Positions 51,338 to 53,493 of a stretch of 53,493 nucleotides of DNA are shown one piece after another. Source of the stretch: Paraglomus brasilianum (lineage: Eukaryota); the NCBI GenBank assembly GCA_910592345.1, contig CAJVPI010000108.1, positions 1 through 53,493 on the forward strand. The letters are read 5' to 3'. The notes under the pieces are model-generated. The model saw nothing but the letters and a program-made list of their open reading frames with translations. It was not told the origin of the DNA and did not search any database. The number at the start of each line of letters is the position of its first letter. Positions within the stretch are counted from its first letter, which is position 1. Both the position numbers and the translations under genes were made by a program.

Positions 51338-51790
51338 TGATGCGGGTGCAAAAAGGTTGAGATATACGAAAATCGTCACGTTATGGAATGTTTCAAACTT
51401 GAGATTTTTTAACATAAAGTTCCTTAACGAAAAAAAGATGATCGTTCGAGTTTATCAGTACTTTTTAAGTATCCGACAACGCCAGTCGCAACGTCAAGAC
51501 TCATCACTACGCAAGGAGATTGCTTCGGTTCTCGGTATTGGGGAGGCAACAGTTGCGCGTGTGGTGCTGAGTATAACGGAAGTGAAATGAAAGATTCTCA
51601 CGGCAAACAATCCAAGGCAGGCCCCCAAAAAAGGACTTGACCATAATGTTGTTGAATTTATACACAAGTTTGTTATGAGATATATCTTGAACTATAAATC
51701 ATAAATAATTTATTTTGATTTAAACATTCCATTAATTTCGAAAAAAAAATTATGAGCATATTAGTTTATCAACCTTTTTGTACCGGACCA
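51338..51790 (+). mobile_element. Internally deleted Tc1/IS630-like transposon with N-terminal HTH remnant
   Basis: TIRs TGATGCGGGTGCAAAAAGGTTGA / TCAACCTTTTTGTACCGGACCA with TA on both sides. Peptide EKKMIVRVYQYFL...RKEIASVLGIGEATVARVV is HTH-like. Confidence 0.75.
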
Positions 51791-51905
51791 TATATATTAT
51801 ATAATATCATATTGGAAAGCGAAACCCACCGCTGACGGAGTCGTGAAATTTTACAGACCATCGCAATCGTTTAGTTAACGAGGACAAAATTTACTACCAA
51901 ATATA

Positions 51906-52394
51906 CAGTACCCTGCCAGAAGTGAGTGATCACCACGAAAATTTACTAGTACGTGTAAAACATATGAAATGTCTTTCTTTTCAAAAATCGCTCCTACTCA
52001 TGTGTACTATGCGAAGGATAATATTTTTTTGTATGGTTCGGAAGCTAATTGATTGTGCTTTTCGAAAAAAATAACAAAAAAAAAAAAAGAAGTATATTTT
52101 ATCATTATAAAACAGTAGCTTGAAGAAGTGTGAGTATACGTGCTATACACATATAATTATATCGTGATTTAAAGACAGCTAGTTCAACTTGCTACCGCTT
52201 TATAACAATAATTTATAAAAATTTATTGTTAATTTTTTGAAAAAGCACAATCAATTAGCTTCCGAACCATACAAAAAAAATATTATCCTTCGCATAGTAC
52301 ACATGGGCAGGAGAGATTTTTGAAAAGAAAGACATTCCATATGTTTTACACGTACTAGTAAATTTTCGTGGTGATCACTTACTTCTGGCAGGAT
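51906..52394. mobile_element. Fold-back MITE with about 165-bp near-perfect TIRs (Tc1/mariner-like terminus)
   Basis: About 51912-52075 is the reverse complement of about 52226-52392 with few mismatches. Left end is TA-CAGTACCCTGCCAGAAGT. The last few bases of the right TIR are missing. Confidence 0.9.
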
Positions 52395-53493
52395 ATCAAA
52401 CAGGGCAAAAAATGGTCATTTAAATTAAATTATCTCAATTTTTAGTGGTACGAATGCAATAAAATTATGTGGTTAAGATTGTTACACGTTCTCAATATTT
52501 ATGTTTCAATCTGTTTGAATGAGTTGCTCTTACTATACATAGATACTGTTATATGCTGGTTATACGTTAGGCTAAACTCTTAAAAACGCTATGTCACATG
52601 ACCAGGGATGTAGTGTTTCTGTTAGTGCACCTGTTTCGCCTGGTGCACTATAATCATCGATCGATTTGGAGGTTGAAACAGGTGTGTTAGAAGAGTGAGC
52701 TAATGCAATTCGCGTAGATAATAAAAATTCTGCAGCTCCCACAATAATTACTGTATAACCAAATCCTTTTTTTAGTATTAGGTACTTCGAAACTTCCACT
52801 CATCCCGTGACGTCGTTCAACGCTGACATTAATTATTAGCCACTCATTTGCAACAAATGAGGAGTCTTCTATCATAACGACTTCGGTGATATTACATTCG
52901 TGATGCAAATTAAAATTATTACCGATTGTTATCTCGTTTTTATTCAATAAAAGATTATTGACTTCTCGTATATCGCCTTTATTTTGTTCTTTTAAGTGAC
53001 TGTAATGAATCCAATTTCAGTCAATTAGATTAACTTCAAATTATATTATAATCTTTTACTAATTATCCATCACAATAAAATTCTTTGGCAAATATTCTAG
53101 TCCTGACGACCTCCCCTTTTGTTGTTTCTGCTGCTGCTGTTGCTTCGACGTTGCCGTTTGTGTGGGAGGGTTCTGACGGTAGTAAGTACATTATATATGC
53201 TTGTCGCAGTAGTCTCTTTAGAGATGAATAACACTGCTTTGTTACTTCGATATTGTCAGGTTCATTTGGATCAGCAGCCACGAAAGTTTGCACTTGACGG
53301 CGACTAACTTGTACAGCAGAATACTAATAATAAACCACCAGCCAAAGCTCAAAACGCATACACTATCGGACGGAAATAGAGGCAGTCATAGAGCTACCTG
53401 AGGAGAAAAACACTGTGTTACAGTAACGTGCAAAAGTATCCTACCGGTTGTATCATCTAAACGTACATAATAATAACTCCTTAAATTTTCCAG

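Noticed and set aside
52560..53493. Short ORFs at the window end
   Set aside because: No consistent frame, splice model or recognisable domain.

Overview
AT-rich eukaryotic genomic DNA with GT-AG introns of about 100 nt. Gene content and style suggest an early-diverging fungus such as Mucoromycota/Glomeromycotina (inference). Six intact-looking genes were reconstructed: a stand-alone CheY-like receiver protein, a YqjM-type Old Yellow Enzyme, a Ser-rich hypothetical protein, SMC6, a TMEM42-like membrane protein and a QDE-1-like cellular RNA-dependent RNA polymerase. Intergenic DNA holds many small DNA-transposon relics (pogo/Tigger, Tc1/IS630, Mutator-like, fold-back MITEs) and a P450 fragment. 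The most notable content is two decayed, mutually homologous copies of a eukaryotic IS607-type element encoding a TnpB-derived Fanzor2-like RNA-guided nuclease. The minus-strand copy (about 47.9-49.7 kb) keeps serine-recombinase (TnpA) remnants overlapping the nuclease N-terminus in another frame. The plus-strand copy (about 29.0-30.0 kb) keeps RuvC/Zn-finger motifs and G-U-rich 3' hairpins that are a candidate omegaRNA scaffold. Both copies are pseudogenes. All calls come from manual reading, with no database searches.
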